Under the pieces are notes generated by a model. That model saw only the letters and a list, made by a program, of their open reading frames with translations, ran no database searches and was not told the DNA's origin. A stretch of 63,991 nt of DNA, the filler included, from Candidatus Babelota bacterium (GTDB lineage Bacteria > JAGOBX01), in the NCBI GenBank assembly GCA_017999075.1. It is 6 parts of 6 records of this genome, joined end to end, with 100 filler letters (N's around TTAATTAATTAA, not from the genome) between each part and the next. Parts side by side here need not be neighbours in the genome. Positions count along the whole stretch, not along the records: positions 11,081 to 22,022 come from JAGOBX010000076.1; positions 22,123 to 33,033 come from JAGOBX010000077.1; 4 more parts are not named here. One strand, given 5' to 3'. Made by a program: the position numbers and the translations under genes. Below, piece after piece: positions 19,887 through 30,227 of this stretch. Numbering within the stretch: the first letter of the stretch is position 1; each line of letters starts with the position of its first letter.

Positions 19887-20642
19887 TTAACTAATATGGG
19901 TTGTCATTAACTCTTGTAAAAAATCTTCAGAAATATTGCTTACAAGTTTTCCTTTTATTGCTACAGATATGTTACCGGTTTCTTCGGAAACAATTATTAC
20001 GAACGAGTCTGTTTCTTCGGCAATACCTAATCCTGCTCTGTGCCTTGTGCCGAAAGTTTTTTTCAATCCTGTATTATCTGAAAGGGGAAGAATACATCCT
20101 GCCGCAAGAATTTTATTGGAACTGATTATTACCGCGCCATCGTGTAAAGCGGTATTTTTGAAAAATATAGTGGATAACAATTCTATTGAAATATCTGAAT
20201 TAAGTTCAACACCTGTTTTTGCGTACTCTTTTAATGAAATAGAATTTTCAATTACTATTAATGCGCCTGTTTTCAGTTTTGACAGCCTAACAGCAGTTTT
20301 AAGAAGTATTTCTTTTGCATTGCCGCTTATATCAGCGTGAAAAAATTTCTGCCACATTTCATTGTTTCCTATTCTAGCTAAAGCTTTTCTTATTTCTGCC
20401 TGAAATAATATTATGAATGTGAGAACCCATATTGATGCGAAATTAGTTAATAACCAGGCTATTGTGCGTAATTGAAATTTTTCTGCTACTAATGAAAAAA
20501 TTAGTATTACACCAAGACCGAATAATACCTGAACCGCATAAGTACCGCGTATAAAAATAAATACTTTATACAGTACATACGATATAATCAATATGTCAAT
20601 TATATCGTTTAAATTAGGCATTATAGCCAGTAAATAATTCAT
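19887..20642 (-). CDS. cdaA: Diadenylate cyclase
   Basis: 3 TM helices, FQAEIRKAL, LHDGA and GTRHRA DAC motifs, VSEETG. Confidence 0.96.
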   Translation of the reverse strand: MNYLLAIMPNLNDIIDILIISYVLYKVFIFIRGTYAVQVLFGLGVILIFSLVAEKFQLRTIAWLLTNFASIWVLTFIILFQAEIRKALARIGNNEMWQKFFHADISGNAKEILLKTAVRLSKLKTGALIVIENSISLKEYAKTGVELNSDISIELLSTIFFKNTALHDGAVIISSNKILAAGCILPLSDNTGLKKTFGTRHRAGLGIAEETDSFVIIVSEETGNISVAIKGKLVSNISEDFLQELMTTHIS

Positions 20643-20644
20643 AA

Positions 20645-21859
20645 CTAATTTTTAATTATAATTTCAGAAATTTTTTTTGTTAATTCTAAAGAAATTTTGT
20701 TTTCTTTAATATTATGAACTCTGAATATTGATGCTCCGTTTTTAAAGGCAAAAGAATTCGCTGTTGCTGTAGCCGTAATTCTTTTATCAATTTCTAAATT
20801 TAAAATTTTTCCTAAAAATGATTTATTGCTTAAACCTATTAAAATTCCAGTTCCGAATAATGACAGTTCATTCAGTCTTGCCAGAATTTCAAGATTGTGT
20901 TCAGGTGTTTTTCCGAAACCTATGCCCGGATCTATGATTATTGAATCTTTTGAAACGCCGCTGTTAACAGCAGTTTCGACAGCTCGGCCGAGAAAATCTA
21001 TTATATCATTCATAAGATTATTATAAACCGGGTTTATCTGCATTGTTTCAGGTATTCCTTTAATATGCATAAGCACTAATCCTGCATTGTATTCGCGTGC
21101 GAGCTGAACAAAACGCGGTTCTTTTGTCAATCCTGAAATATCATTTATTATATCTGCTCCTTCATTTAATGCAGCATATACAACATTATATTTTGTGCTG
21201 TCTATTGATAACGCAGTGTCCGGAAATTTTTTTTTTAATTCTTTTATTGCAGGAATTACCCTGTTTATTTCTTCATTTTCATCAACAGGAATGGATCCTG
21301 GTCTCGCTGATTCTCCTCCTATATCCAGCATTTCAGCCCCGTCTCTTATTTCCTGTTCGGCAAATTTTAATACGGCATCTGTGTTATTATAAAATTTTCC
21401 GCCGTCATAGAATGAATCTGGAGTTATATTGATTATGGACATAAGGTGATAGTTGTTTTTTGAACAGTTGAAATTGAAATTTTTAAATCTCCAGTATTTT
21501 TCTCTTTTACTTATTAATTGCACTAATTGTTTTGCAAGCAAGTCAAGACCGAATTGCTGGAGCATTATTTTTTTTATTAAAATGTTTAACTGCTTTAAGC
21601 TGGCAATAATTAAGACAGTTCCTGTTTTAGTTATGTCTTCGGATACAATAAAATCTTTTGGAATAGCAAGATCGCCGCCGAGAGATAATAATTCCTGTTT
21701 CATTATTAATGCGGCAGGAACTCTGATTTCTCTGACTTCTATGCTGTACCCGCTGATTTTGTTTTTCATAATATTTATTCCTGCAGGATCAACCTCCAGA
21801 GAATATAAATATTTTATTATGTTTTCTTCTGAATTAAATTTTATAATTTTACTTATCAT
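20645..21859 (-). CDS. folP: Dihydropteroate synthase with N-terminal extension
   Basis: [43 protein letters not shown]; ~130-aa extension ([14 protein letters not shown]). Confidence 0.95.
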   Translation of the reverse strand: MISKIIKFNSEENIIKYLYSLEVDPAGINIMKNKISGYSIEVREIRVPAALIMKQELLSLGGDLAIPKDFIVSEDITKTGTVLIIASLKQLNILIKKIMLQQFGLDLLAKQLVQLISKREKYWRFKNFNFNCSKNNYHLMSIINITPDSFYDGGKFYNNTDAVLKFAEQEIRDGAEMLDIGGESARPGSIPVDENEEINRVIPAIKELKKKFPDTALSIDSTKYNVVYAALNEGADIINDISGLTKEPRFVQLAREYNAGLVLMHIKGIPETMQINPVYNNLMNDIIDFLGRAVETAVNSGVSKDSIIIDPGIGFGKTPEHNLEILARLNELSLFGTGILIGLSNKSFLGKILNLEIDKRITATATANSFAFKNGASIFRVHNIKENKISLELTKKISEIIIKN

Positions 21860-22022
21860 ATTTTTTTTCTTAATAGTTCAAGAGCTTCCGTTCTTGTTCT
21901 TGAATCGGATCTGAATACTCCCCGCAGCGCTGAAGTGGCGGTGATAGTTCCGGGTTTTTTTATGCCTCTTATTGTCATGCATAAATGTTCTGCTTCTATG
22001 ATAACTAAAACACCTTTTGGTT
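21856..22022 (-). CDS. folE: GTP cyclohydrolase I, C-terminal fragment at contig edge
   Basis: Manual translation [50 protein letters not shown]; its stop overlaps the folP start (ATGA). Not in the ORF track. Confidence 0.92.
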
Positions 22023-22122
22023 NNNNNNNNNNNNNNNNNNNNNNNNNNNNNNNNNNNNNNNNNNNNTTAATTAATTAANNNNNNNNNNNNNNNNNNNNNN
22101 NNNNNNNNNNNNNNNNNNNNNN
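22023..22122. other. Artificial contig linker
   Basis: N44-TTAATTAATTAA-N44. Confidence 0.98.
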
Positions 22123-22407
22123 AATTTTTAGATTTTTTAATATCAAAAAAATATCTATTTATAATAACAAAATATAAGTTTTTCTTTATCTATATCTATT
22201 ATTAAATAATTAAAAAATAAGTTTACAACTTACTGTATAAAAATCAAGGGTTTTATATTTTTAAAAAAAGATTAAATTTATCTTGAAAAAAAATCAATAT
22301 GAATATATATTCAATCTTCGTTCTAATATATTTCCCAATTTTGTAAAAAATAAAATACATTATTTGGGTTGAAAAGTTAAACAATTATTTAAGCGGGCCG
22401 TAAATAA

Positions 22408-22875
22408 ATGTCTAAAAATCCGTATAACCAATATAAAAAATCATCTATACAGACTGCAAGTCAGGGCAAACTAATACTCATGATGTATGACGGAGCAATT
22501 AAATTTTTGAATTTAGCTGTTGAAAATATATCTAATAAAAGATACGATATTGTAAATGTAAATATAATAAAAACTCAGGATATAATTACTGAACTTATGC
22601 TGGCATTGAATCTTGAAGTCGGCGGAGATATTGCTAAAAATTTATACAGCTTATATGATTATATGAACCGCCGCCTCGTTGAAGCAAATATTAAAAAAAA
22701 TTCTGAAGTAGCAAAAGAAGTATTGAAACTTTTAACAGAACTCAAAGAAGCATGGGAAATAGTTGTTAGAAAAACAAATGAAGCTCAGCAGACAAAATAT
22801 ATTCAAAAAACTTTTGAAAATCAGGAAATTGATAGAAATGCTCCTGGTTCAGGCGGCATAAATTTTTCAGGATAA
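22408..22875 (+). CDS. fliS: Flagellar export chaperone FliS
   Basis: YKKSSIQTASQGKLILMMYDGAIKFL, IITELM.ALN...GG.IAKNLYSLYDYM.RRL. Confidence 0.95.
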   Translation: MSKNPYNQYKKSSIQTASQGKLILMMYDGAIKFLNLAVENISNKRYDIVNVNIIKTQDIITELMLALNLEVGGDIAKNLYSLYDYMNRRLVEANIKKNSEVAKEVLKLLTELKEAWEIVVRKTNEAQQTKYIQKTFENQEIDRNAPGSGGINFSG

Positions 22876-22901
22876 TCAACAAATAAAACAATTTTCCAAA
22901 A

Positions 22902-23279
22902 ATGAATCATTCCGAATATTTTGAAAAAAAAAAAATTATATTGGAACAGATTTCCAATTTGTTGAAAAAAGAACTTGCCTCTATTACAATGATTGATGAA
23001 TTTGAAAAATTAACTGAAAATGAAAACGATTTGATAAATTCCTTAAAAAAACTGGATTTGAAATTTGATAATCATAAACTCACTGAATCTCAAAAAATAA
23101 TTGTTGAAAATCTCATTGTTTCGATTTACAGTTTAAAACAGGAAATTATAAATAAATTCGAAAAAGAATTTGAAAATTTTCAAAAGAACAGTGTGTTTAT
23201 ACAAACAAGAAAAGATCTTGTAAACACTTATTTTCAAAAAGGTCCGGTTAATCCGCGTTTTATTGATAAGCTCAATTAG
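22902..23279 (+). CDS. Small helical protein, possible FliT/FlgN-like chaperone
   Basis: Coiled-coil composition, C-terminal Y......PRFIDK, position right after fliS. Confidence 0.5.
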   Translation: MNHSEYFEKKKIILEQISNLLKKELASITMIDEFEKLTENENDLINSLKKLDLKFDNHKLTESQKIIVENLIVSIYSLKQEIINKFEKEFENFQKNSVFIQTRKDLVNTYFQKGPVNPRFIDKLN

Positions 23280-25799
23280 ATGAATATTCAAAATTATTTA
23301 AACTCTGAAGTTTGTTCTAAAATAAAAAACAATATTGAACAGGCAGATAATAACGAAATATTTTTTTTAGGTATAACTAATTCCGATAAAATTGTAGAAA
23401 ACATAAAAATTATTGCAAGAGGAAATAGTTTTTCAGTTCCTGCAATTCTAAAAGACTTATCAGCAGGGGATGTGGTGATTCACAATCATCCATCCGGTAT
23501 TCTAATTCCTTCAGAAGCTGATATTTCTATAGCATCTCACTTGGGTCAATTTGGAGTGGCTTCCTTTATAATAAATAACACAGTCGATAATATTTATGTG
23601 GTGGTTGAACCTTTTGAAAAAGAAATTAAAAAAAAATTAAATATTTCTGAACTAAAAAAAATGTTTTCTGAAGAAGGATTATTAAGCTCATCTCTTGAAT
23701 ATTTTGAATACAGACCTCAACAAATTAAAATGACCGAAATCATATCTAAAGCTTTTAATGATGATAAAATAGCGTTTATAGAAGCAGGAACCGGTACTGG
23801 AAAAACTATATCTTATCTGATACCTGCTATATACTGGGCTCTGAATAACAAAGAAAAATGTGTTATAGCGACAAATACTATAAATTTACAGGAACAGCTT
23901 GTTAATAAAGATTTGCCTATGATTCAAAAATTACTTCCTTTAAAATTCAATTTCATTTTAGTTAAAGGCAGATCAAATTATATTTGCCTGAATAAATTTT
24001 ATAAATCTTTTGGGCAGCAGGAGTTGTTTGACATTGATCAATATAAAACACAGATTGATAATATTTTTGAATGGCTTAAAGTAACAGAAGACGGTTCTAA
24101 AAGCGGATTAAATTTTATACCGGATAACAAATTATGGGAAAACATTTGTGCGGAAGCAGATAATTGTTTAAAAAATAAATGTAAATATTTCACCGAATGT
24201 TTTGTAAATAAAATTAGAAGAGAAGCTAATGCTGCTCATATATTGATAGTCAATCACCATATACTGTTGTCTGATATTGTACTTAAATTCGGGCAGAATA
24301 ATTTTAAAATGAACGGCGTGCTCCCAGCTTATAAAAGAATAATATTCGATGAAGCTCATAATCTTGAAGATACAGCGACTAAACATCTCGGAATAGACAT
24401 TTCCAGAATGTGGGTGACTAAAACCCTGAACTATTTATATAACGTCTTACATGGTAAAGAAAAGGGAGTGCTTCAATTTGTCAAAAATACTATTATATTC
24501 AAAACTAAAATTAAAAACAAGGATAAAATTTTAAATATATTCAGTCAAAAAATATTCCCATTAATTAATTTATTGAAAACAGATTCCGATATTTCGTTTG
24601 AAATTATTAAAAATTATTTTGCACGTATATCAAATAAAAAAGAGGCTTTTAAAGGTTTTAAAATAAGAATTACAAATAAAATAATTTCAACTTCAGAATA
24701 TTTTGAAAATTGTGAAATAATAATTATTGAACTGATAAAACAATTATCCGAACTTATAAAATCAATTGATCTATTGTATAAATCATTTAAATTGGAAAGT
24801 GAAAATATTTCATCTGATTCTGATGATATAATAAAAAATGATATTCTTGTATGTAAAAATAAAATTGAATCTATTTATCTTTCATTAACCGGTTTTATTG
24901 AGCCGATGGATAAAGACAATACCGTACGCTGGATTGAATGCGATAATATCCAAAAAAAGGAAATCAGATTATATGCGGCGCCTATAGATATTTCTCAATT
25001 ATTCTTCAATTCTATTATTATTCCTCATAAAACAGTAATATTTACATCTGCAACTTTGACTGTTAACAAAACATTTGATTTTTTTAAAAAAATTTTCGGG
25101 ATTGAAATATTATCTCAAAACTCTATTTTGGAAAGCGTTCTTGATACGCCTTTCGATTATAAAAATCAGGCAATGCTTGTTATACCTTCAGATTTACCTT
25201 TCCCTGACGATTTGAATTTTACTGATGAAACAAATACTTTTTTAAAACAGCTTTTACTGATAAATGAAAGGAGTTCCTTTGTATTGTTTACCTCATATTC
25301 TCAACTGAAAAAAACTGCTGCTAATTTAAAAAGTGAACTTGAAGATTTTGATTTTAATGTTTATATTCAGGGCGAAAAACCACGAGGGATTCTTTTAGAC
25401 TCTTTTAAAAAATTCAGAAAATCTGTTTTGTTTGCAACTGACAGTTTTTGGGAAGGGGTAGATGTACAGGGCGAAGCGCTTGAACTGGTTATTCTTTTTA
25501 AACTGCCGTTTAAGACTCCTGACGATCCGGTACTTGAAGCTAAAAATGAAATTCTGGTTAAAGCAGGAAAAAACCCTTTTTTTGAATATCAATTACCTAA
25601 AGCAGTAATAAAATTAAAACAGGGAGTTGGAAGGTTAATCAGAACCAAAACCGATTCTGGGATTATAGTTATACTTGATAAAAGAATAAAATGCAAAAAC
25701 TACGGCAAAACATTTCTGAATTCACTTCCTGAAATGAAAACAGTTTATGATTCAGTAAATAACAGTTTGACTGCAATATCTGATTTTTTTCAAATTTAA
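23280..25799 (+). CDS. dinG: DinG/YoaA-family helicase with N-terminal JAB/MPN domain
   Basis: HNHPSG....S.AD JAB motif; YRPQQ, EAGTGTGKT, KGRSNYICL plus three more Cys, DEAH, SATL, FWEGVD, QGVGRLIR. Confidence 0.9.
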   Translation: MNIQNYLNSEVCSKIKNNIEQADNNEIFFLGITNSDKIVENIKIIARGNSFSVPAILKDLSAGDVVIHNHPSGILIPSEADISIASHLGQFGVASFIINNTVDNIYVVVEPFEKEIKKKLNISELKKMFSEEGLLSSSLEYFEYRPQQIKMTEIISKAFNDDKIAFIEAGTGTGKTISYLIPAIYWALNNKEKCVIATNTINLQEQLVNKDLPMIQKLLPLKFNFILVKGRSNYICLNKFYKSFGQQELFDIDQYKTQIDNIFEWLKVTEDGSKSGLNFIPDNKLWENICAEADNCLKNKCKYFTECFVNKIRREANAAHILIVNHHILLSDIVLKFGQNNFKMNGVLPAYKRIIFDEAHNLEDTATKHLGIDISRMWVTKTLNYLYNVLHGKEKGVLQFVKNTIIFKTKIKNKDKILNIFSQKIFPLINLLKTDSDISFEIIKNYFARISNKKEAFKGFKIRITNKIISTSEYFENCEIIIIELIKQLSELIKSIDLLYKSFKLESENISSDSDDIIKNDILVCKNKIESIYLSLTGFIEPMDKDNTVRWIECDNIQKKEIRLYAAPIDISQLFFNSIIIPHKTVIFTSATLTVNKTFDFFKKIFGIEILSQNSILESVLDTPFDYKNQAMLVIPSDLPFPDDLNFTDETNTFLKQLLLINERSSFVLFTSYSQLKKTAANLKSELEDFDFNVYIQGEKPRGILLDSFKKFRKSVLFATDSFWEGVDVQGEALELVILFKLPFKTPDDPVLEAKNEILVKAGKNPFFEYQLPKAVIKLKQGVGRLIRTKTDSGIIVILDKRIKCKNYGKTFLNSLPEMKTVYDSVNNSLTAISDFFQI

Positions 25800-27142
25800 T
25801 GCGGATTATTTGGTTGGAAATTAGCTATTGAGTACTGAATTACCGCTTCATTAATACTCATAGATTCTATTCTCGTTCCGGTAGATTTTAATCCATTTTT
25901 CAAAAATGAAAGTTTGTCTGATAATACTTTCTTGGGCTGCATTTTTATAGCGCTCATCTGTGTATGCGGTTTCGGAATTACAGGATTTAACGAAACAATT
26001 AAATTAAAAGGACGTCCGCTGATACAAGTATAATTTTTGATAGCAGTAACTAATTTTATTATTCCTTCCAAATCAGATTTTTCTTCCTGTTCAAAACCAT
26101 ATAAAAAATAAAGTTTTATACGTGTTATTCCGTAAGATGCAGCATATCTTACTATTGTGTATAATTTATCAAAATCAATCTTTTTCCCTATGATTTTCTG
26201 CATTTTTTCCGAACCTACTTCAGGAGCTAATGTTAAGGTCTGCTGATTTGTTTTCGATATAAATTCAAGCATTTTTTCATTAATATCAGAAATATTCAAA
26301 GAAGAAAATGAAAACATAATACCCTTATCAATAAAATTTTTTAACATTTCTTCTATATCTGGATACAGTAATACAGCCGATCCTATCAATCCAACCTTTT
26401 TTATATTGTTTGAAATTAACATATTTACTATCGAATCGAATAACTCTCTGTTTATAAACCGTAATTTACCTCGTGTTGAACCTGTGCTGCAAAATGAACA
26501 TTTGTAAGGACATCCTCTGCAAAGTTCTATAAGATATGTTGATGGAAATTGACTTGATTCAGATATTATTGAAGAATATGCTTTTATTTTTTCTGAAATA
26601 TTTGGGGCATTTACTTTTAAGTGGGGGGTAAATATAAAATCATACTCTTCCATTATTGTTTTGATCGGTGTTCCTGATTTTACAGAATCAAGAATACTAA
26701 TAAATTTTTCAGCTATACTCTCAAAATCTCCCATAACAACTATATCAGAAAATTCTTGCAAAACATAAGGATTTATAAAAGTCATTGCGCCACCTGAAAT
26801 TATCACAGGTCTTTTTCTTATATTTTCCCTTCTGTCCAACGGATATAATTTTAATTTTTTCAATAAATCAGTTATCTTGAAAAAATCAAGTTCATACGAA
26901 CTTGTAAAACCGATAAAATCAAAATCAGTTAAAAAACGCCCTGTTTCAAAACTAAAAAATTTTGAATCACTGGAATCTATATAATATCGTTCACAATTAA
27001 CTGATTGCGATTCGTTCAGTATCCTGAATACAGTCTGATGACCTAAATTGGCAATTCCGAATTTGTAAGATTCTGGAAAAATTAATACTATATTGATTTT
27101 TTTTCCAAAATGAGAAAAGTTGCATAATAATTTTTCATTCAT
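25796..27142 (-). CDS. Radical SAM protein (B12-binding-like N-terminus)
   Basis: RGCPYKCSFC (CxxxCxxC), TLAPEVGS, KLYF..G...E, PVIPKPHT; start at MNEK (27142) preferred over 27151. Confidence 0.85.
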   Translation of the reverse strand: MNEKLLCNFSHFGKKINIVLIFPESYKFGIANLGHQTVFRILNESQSVNCERYYIDSSDSKFFSFETGRFLTDFDFIGFTSSYELDFFKITDLLKKLKLYPLDRRENIRKRPVIISGGAMTFINPYVLQEFSDIVVMGDFESIAEKFISILDSVKSGTPIKTIMEEYDFIFTPHLKVNAPNISEKIKAYSSIISESSQFPSTYLIELCRGCPYKCSFCSTGSTRGKLRFINRELFDSIVNMLISNNIKKVGLIGSAVLLYPDIEEMLKNFIDKGIMFSFSSLNISDINEKMLEFISKTNQQTLTLAPEVGSEKMQKIIGKKIDFDKLYTIVRYAASYGITRIKLYFLYGFEQEEKSDLEGIIKLVTAIKNYTCISGRPFNLIVSLNPVIPKPHTQMSAIKMQPKKVLSDKLSFLKNGLKSTGTRIESMSINEAVIQYSIANFQPNNPH

Positions 27143-28109
27143 CTGATGCAACAGTGGTAATTGACTTATTTTTATAAAATTTGTTTTCGATAATAAAAAA
27201 TATTACCGGCAAAAAAATTAAAATATATCCTGCACCGCATTTTAATTTAAAACTTAATTGAAGAGTTGAACTCAAAACACCAAAAATTATTCCATAAAAT
27301 AGTTTTAATTTTTTGGAGGAGGGGAGAGAAAAACCATCGTCAAGTATAAATGTTAAAATAAAAATAAACGGACCTAATATAATAAAATTTTTTATATTGT
27401 TCAACCAATTCATATTTATTATATATCCTGAGTTTACAAAAAAATATATAGCAGGAGGAATAATATAACCGGCAACAGATGTAAAAATTATTCTGTATGA
27501 AATGGCTCTCAATGCAATTTGAAGAAATAATCCTATAAAAATCGCCATAATAAAAATTTCAGCAGGAGTTCCTAATGATAACCCGAGAAAAATACGGCTC
27601 CATTCAAAATCTTTACCGTATAAAAAATAATTTGCTACAGGCGTTGCTCCAGTAACTAAATCAGGATTGAAGTTCGAATAATTTTTTAACAGTAAAGATG
27701 GTTCTGGCAAAATATAATTTTGTTTATAAATAAAAAAAATATACGCCCAACCCATTATTAATGGATTTAAAAAATTTTTTCCGTTTTTTTTAAGAAAAAC
27801 ATAAAATGAACTGAATATGAAACTTCCTGTAACTGCTCCAGCTATAGGCATATGGGCAGGCATTAGTAAAGGAAAAATTATTATCATATAAACAAACAAT
27901 AAATCCATGTTTTTATAAAAAATTTTGTTGCCTGTAAAAAGTTCTAACAAGCTGTATAAAATAATAGAAGTAGTGACAGAAACTGCCCATAAAATTAAAA
28001 ATTGGCTTTGAAAAAAAATCATTGCTGATGAAATTAAAGGAAGTGTCGATAATATTTTGGTATTATTGACTCCTTCTGATTTTAATAAGCTATATAATTC
28101 TTTTTTCAT
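27135..28109 (-). CDS. RnfD/NqrB-like membrane protein
   Basis: Polytopic membrane protein; GKNFLNP, D.VTGATP covalent-FMN motif, FLG...G..AE. Confidence 0.72.
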   Translation of the reverse strand: MKKELYSLLKSEGVNNTKILSTLPLISSAMIFFQSQFLILWAVSVTTSIILYSLLELFTGNKIFYKNMDLLFVYMIIIFPLLMPAHMPIAGAVTGSFIFSSFYVFLKKNGKNFLNPLIMGWAYIFFIYKQNYILPEPSLLLKNYSNFNPDLVTGATPVANYFLYGKDFEWSRIFLGLSLGTPAEIFIMAIFIGLFLQIALRAISYRIIFTSVAGYIIPPAIYFFVNSGYIINMNWLNNIKNFIILGPFIFILTFILDDGFSLPSSKKLKLFYGIIFGVLSSTLQLSFKLKCGAGYILIFLPVIFFIIENKFYKNKSITTVASDE

Positions 28110-28112
28110 TTA

Positions 28113-29504
28113 TTATATATCCGACTTTTGTTTGAACAATCTTTTTAATTTATTAATCTTATACTGAAGCGCCTGACGCGATAACCCTAATTCTTTTGCG
28201 CACTGACTTTTATTATAATTGTTCTTTATTAAAATATCTTCTACTATTGATGCTTCTATAGAATCTATTTTCAGTTCGTATTTACTGCTTGAATCATTGA
28301 ATTTATAATCTTCTATATTAAAATTTACAGATGATTTTAATAACTCCGGCAAAGATTGCAAATGAATTTTATCTCCTTCCTCAACAAGCATGCAATGTTC
28401 TATTATATTTTGAAGTTCGCGTATATTGCCAGGCCAATTATATTTGTTGAATAAATCCATAACACTATCTTCTGTATCTTTAATCTGTTTGTTAAATTTC
28501 CTGTTGAATTTATCAATAAAATGATGCACTAACTGATTTATGTCGCTCTTGCGTTCACGAAGCGGTGGAAGATTTATTAAAAAAACTGCGAGGCGGTAAT
28601 ACAAATCTTTTCTAAATAAACTTTTTTCTATCATTTGATGCAAATCCCTGTTCGTCGCCGCAATAATTCTGACATCTGTTTTTATTTCCGCAGAACCGCC
28701 AACCCTTAAAAATGAATTGCCTTCTACTACTCTTAATATTTTTACCTGCAAATCAAGCGATAACTCACCTATTTCATCTAAAAATAAAGTCCCTCCGTCA
28801 GCTATTTCAAAATATCCAGCTTTTGATTTAACTGCTCCTGTAAACGCTCCTTTTACATACCCGAACAATTCACTTTCAAGCAAGTTTACAGGAATTGCGC
28901 CGCAGTTTACTGTAAGAAAATTTTTATCTTTCCTCAAACTATGTTCATGAATTGCTTTAGCAACCAATTCTTTACCTGTACCGCTCTCTCCTGTTATTAA
29001 TACAGTCGAAGTAGTTGGCGCAACTTTTACAATCAGATCTTGTATTTCCTTTATTTTTCGGTCAGTTCCTATAATATTTTCAAAACCAGCCATCGCCTTA
29101 ATATGTTCTTTCAATAAAACATTTTCAACTAACAGTTTTCTCTGGGAAATTGCTTTCTCAATAATTAATTTTATAGCATCGCTTTTTACAGGTTTTGCTA
29201 TAAAATCAAATGCACCGTTTTTTAAAGCTTCTCTTGCAGTCTGCCACGATGAGTATGCTGTTATAATTACTACAGGAATATACGGATAATTTTTAACTAT
29301 AAAATCAAGTATTTCAAATCCACTCATATCAGGCAAATTAATGTCGCAGAGAATAACATCAATTTCAACAGACTCGCATAATTTTATTGTTTCTTTTCCT
29401 GATGAAGCAAAAATTGTTTTATAATCGGTTTCATCTGAAAGTAGTATCTTAAGATTTTCCTGAACACTTTTTTCATCATCTACAATCAGTACATTGTATT
29501 TCAT
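28113..29504 (-). CDS. NtrC/AtoC-family sigma54-dependent response regulator
   Basis: LIVDDE..CDINLPDMSG..KP receiver; GESGTGKE, GAFTGA, LFLDEIGE, WPGNIRELQN, Fis HTH. Confidence 0.95.
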   Translation of the reverse strand: MKYNVLIVDDEKSVQENLKILLSDETDYKTIFASSGKETIKLCESVEIDVILCDINLPDMSGFEILDFIVKNYPYIPVVIITAYSSWQTAREALKNGAFDFIAKPVKSDAIKLIIEKAISQRKLLVENVLLKEHIKAMAGFENIIGTDRKIKEIQDLIVKVAPTTSTVLITGESGTGKELVAKAIHEHSLRKDKNFLTVNCGAIPVNLLESELFGYVKGAFTGAVKSKAGYFEIADGGTLFLDEIGELSLDLQVKILRVVEGNSFLRVGGSAEIKTDVRIIAATNRDLHQMIEKSLFRKDLYYRLAVFLINLPPLRERKSDINQLVHHFIDKFNRKFNKQIKDTEDSVMDLFNKYNWPGNIRELQNIIEHCMLVEEGDKIHLQSLPELLKSSVNFNIEDYKFNDSSSKYELKIDSIEASIVEDILIKNNYNKSQCAKELGLSRQALQYKINKLKRLFKQKSDI

Positions 29505-29701
29505 ATTTCAATTCTATATTTATTATATTAGATTATGTTACAAAATTAAAATTATTCTGATTTTCTAAAAAATAATCTGGATTTTTAAGTTTTAATTATT
29601 AAATTTAAATATATAATATGATACTGTGATAAGTCAAGGAAACTTTTTTGATTTTTCGAAAAATAATAACAAACCTGATTTGATGCATAACTGAATTATT
29701 G

Positions 29702-30211
29702 TTAATTTTTTATTACTTGTACCGATGGAATTATTAAAACTTCGCTGAATTGTATTTCTGTTTCTATTGATTTTTTCAATTGATTTATAAGATATTGAAT
29801 CTCTGACATTTTTTTTGTCAAATCAAACTCTAAAAAAATCTCAATAAAAATATTATGCCCCACACGTCTTGACCTTATTCCATGAAGTTGAGTGTATGAA
29901 TCATAATATTTCACAAGCTGTTTTAATATTATTATTTGGATAGATTCCTTGACCTTTTTACTGACGCTGTATTTATGCCATAAATATGCATCAAAACTTA
30001 CCATGCATGCGTTTAATGCGTATAAATAAGTTACCCAGTTAAAATTACCAAAATAATATTTGTGAACTATCCCGAATAAATATCCTAATATTATTATATA
30101 TAAAAAAAATATGCTCTTACCTTCGACATTTTTTATACGTAGAGTTTTTGATATTGATATAGGCCAACTAATTCCAAAACATAACAGCATACCTATTTCA
30201 AAATAACTCAT
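29702..30211 (-). CDS. PQ-loop/SemiSWEET-like 3-TM protein fused to a CDF-type cytoplasmic (ZT_dimer-like) domain
   Basis: FEIGMLLCFGISWP.SI.K......GKS 3-TM unit; C-terminal HGIRSRRVG.NIFIEIFLEFD.....EI. Confidence 0.6.
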   Translation of the reverse strand: MSYFEIGMLLCFGISWPISISKTLRIKNVEGKSIFFLYIIILGYLFGIVHKYYFGNFNWVTYLYALNACMVSFDAYLWHKYSVSKKVKESIQIIILKQLVKYYDSYTQLHGIRSRRVGHNIFIEIFLEFDLTKKMSEIQYLINQLKKSIETEIQFSEVLIIPSVQVIKN

Positions 30212-30227
30212 ATTATTTCACCGCATT

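Noticed and set aside
22378-22404. TAAA-N15-GCCGTAAA sigma28-like match upstream of fliS
   Set aside because: Imperfect -10 ending 3 nt before the ATG; transcription would start inside the CDS
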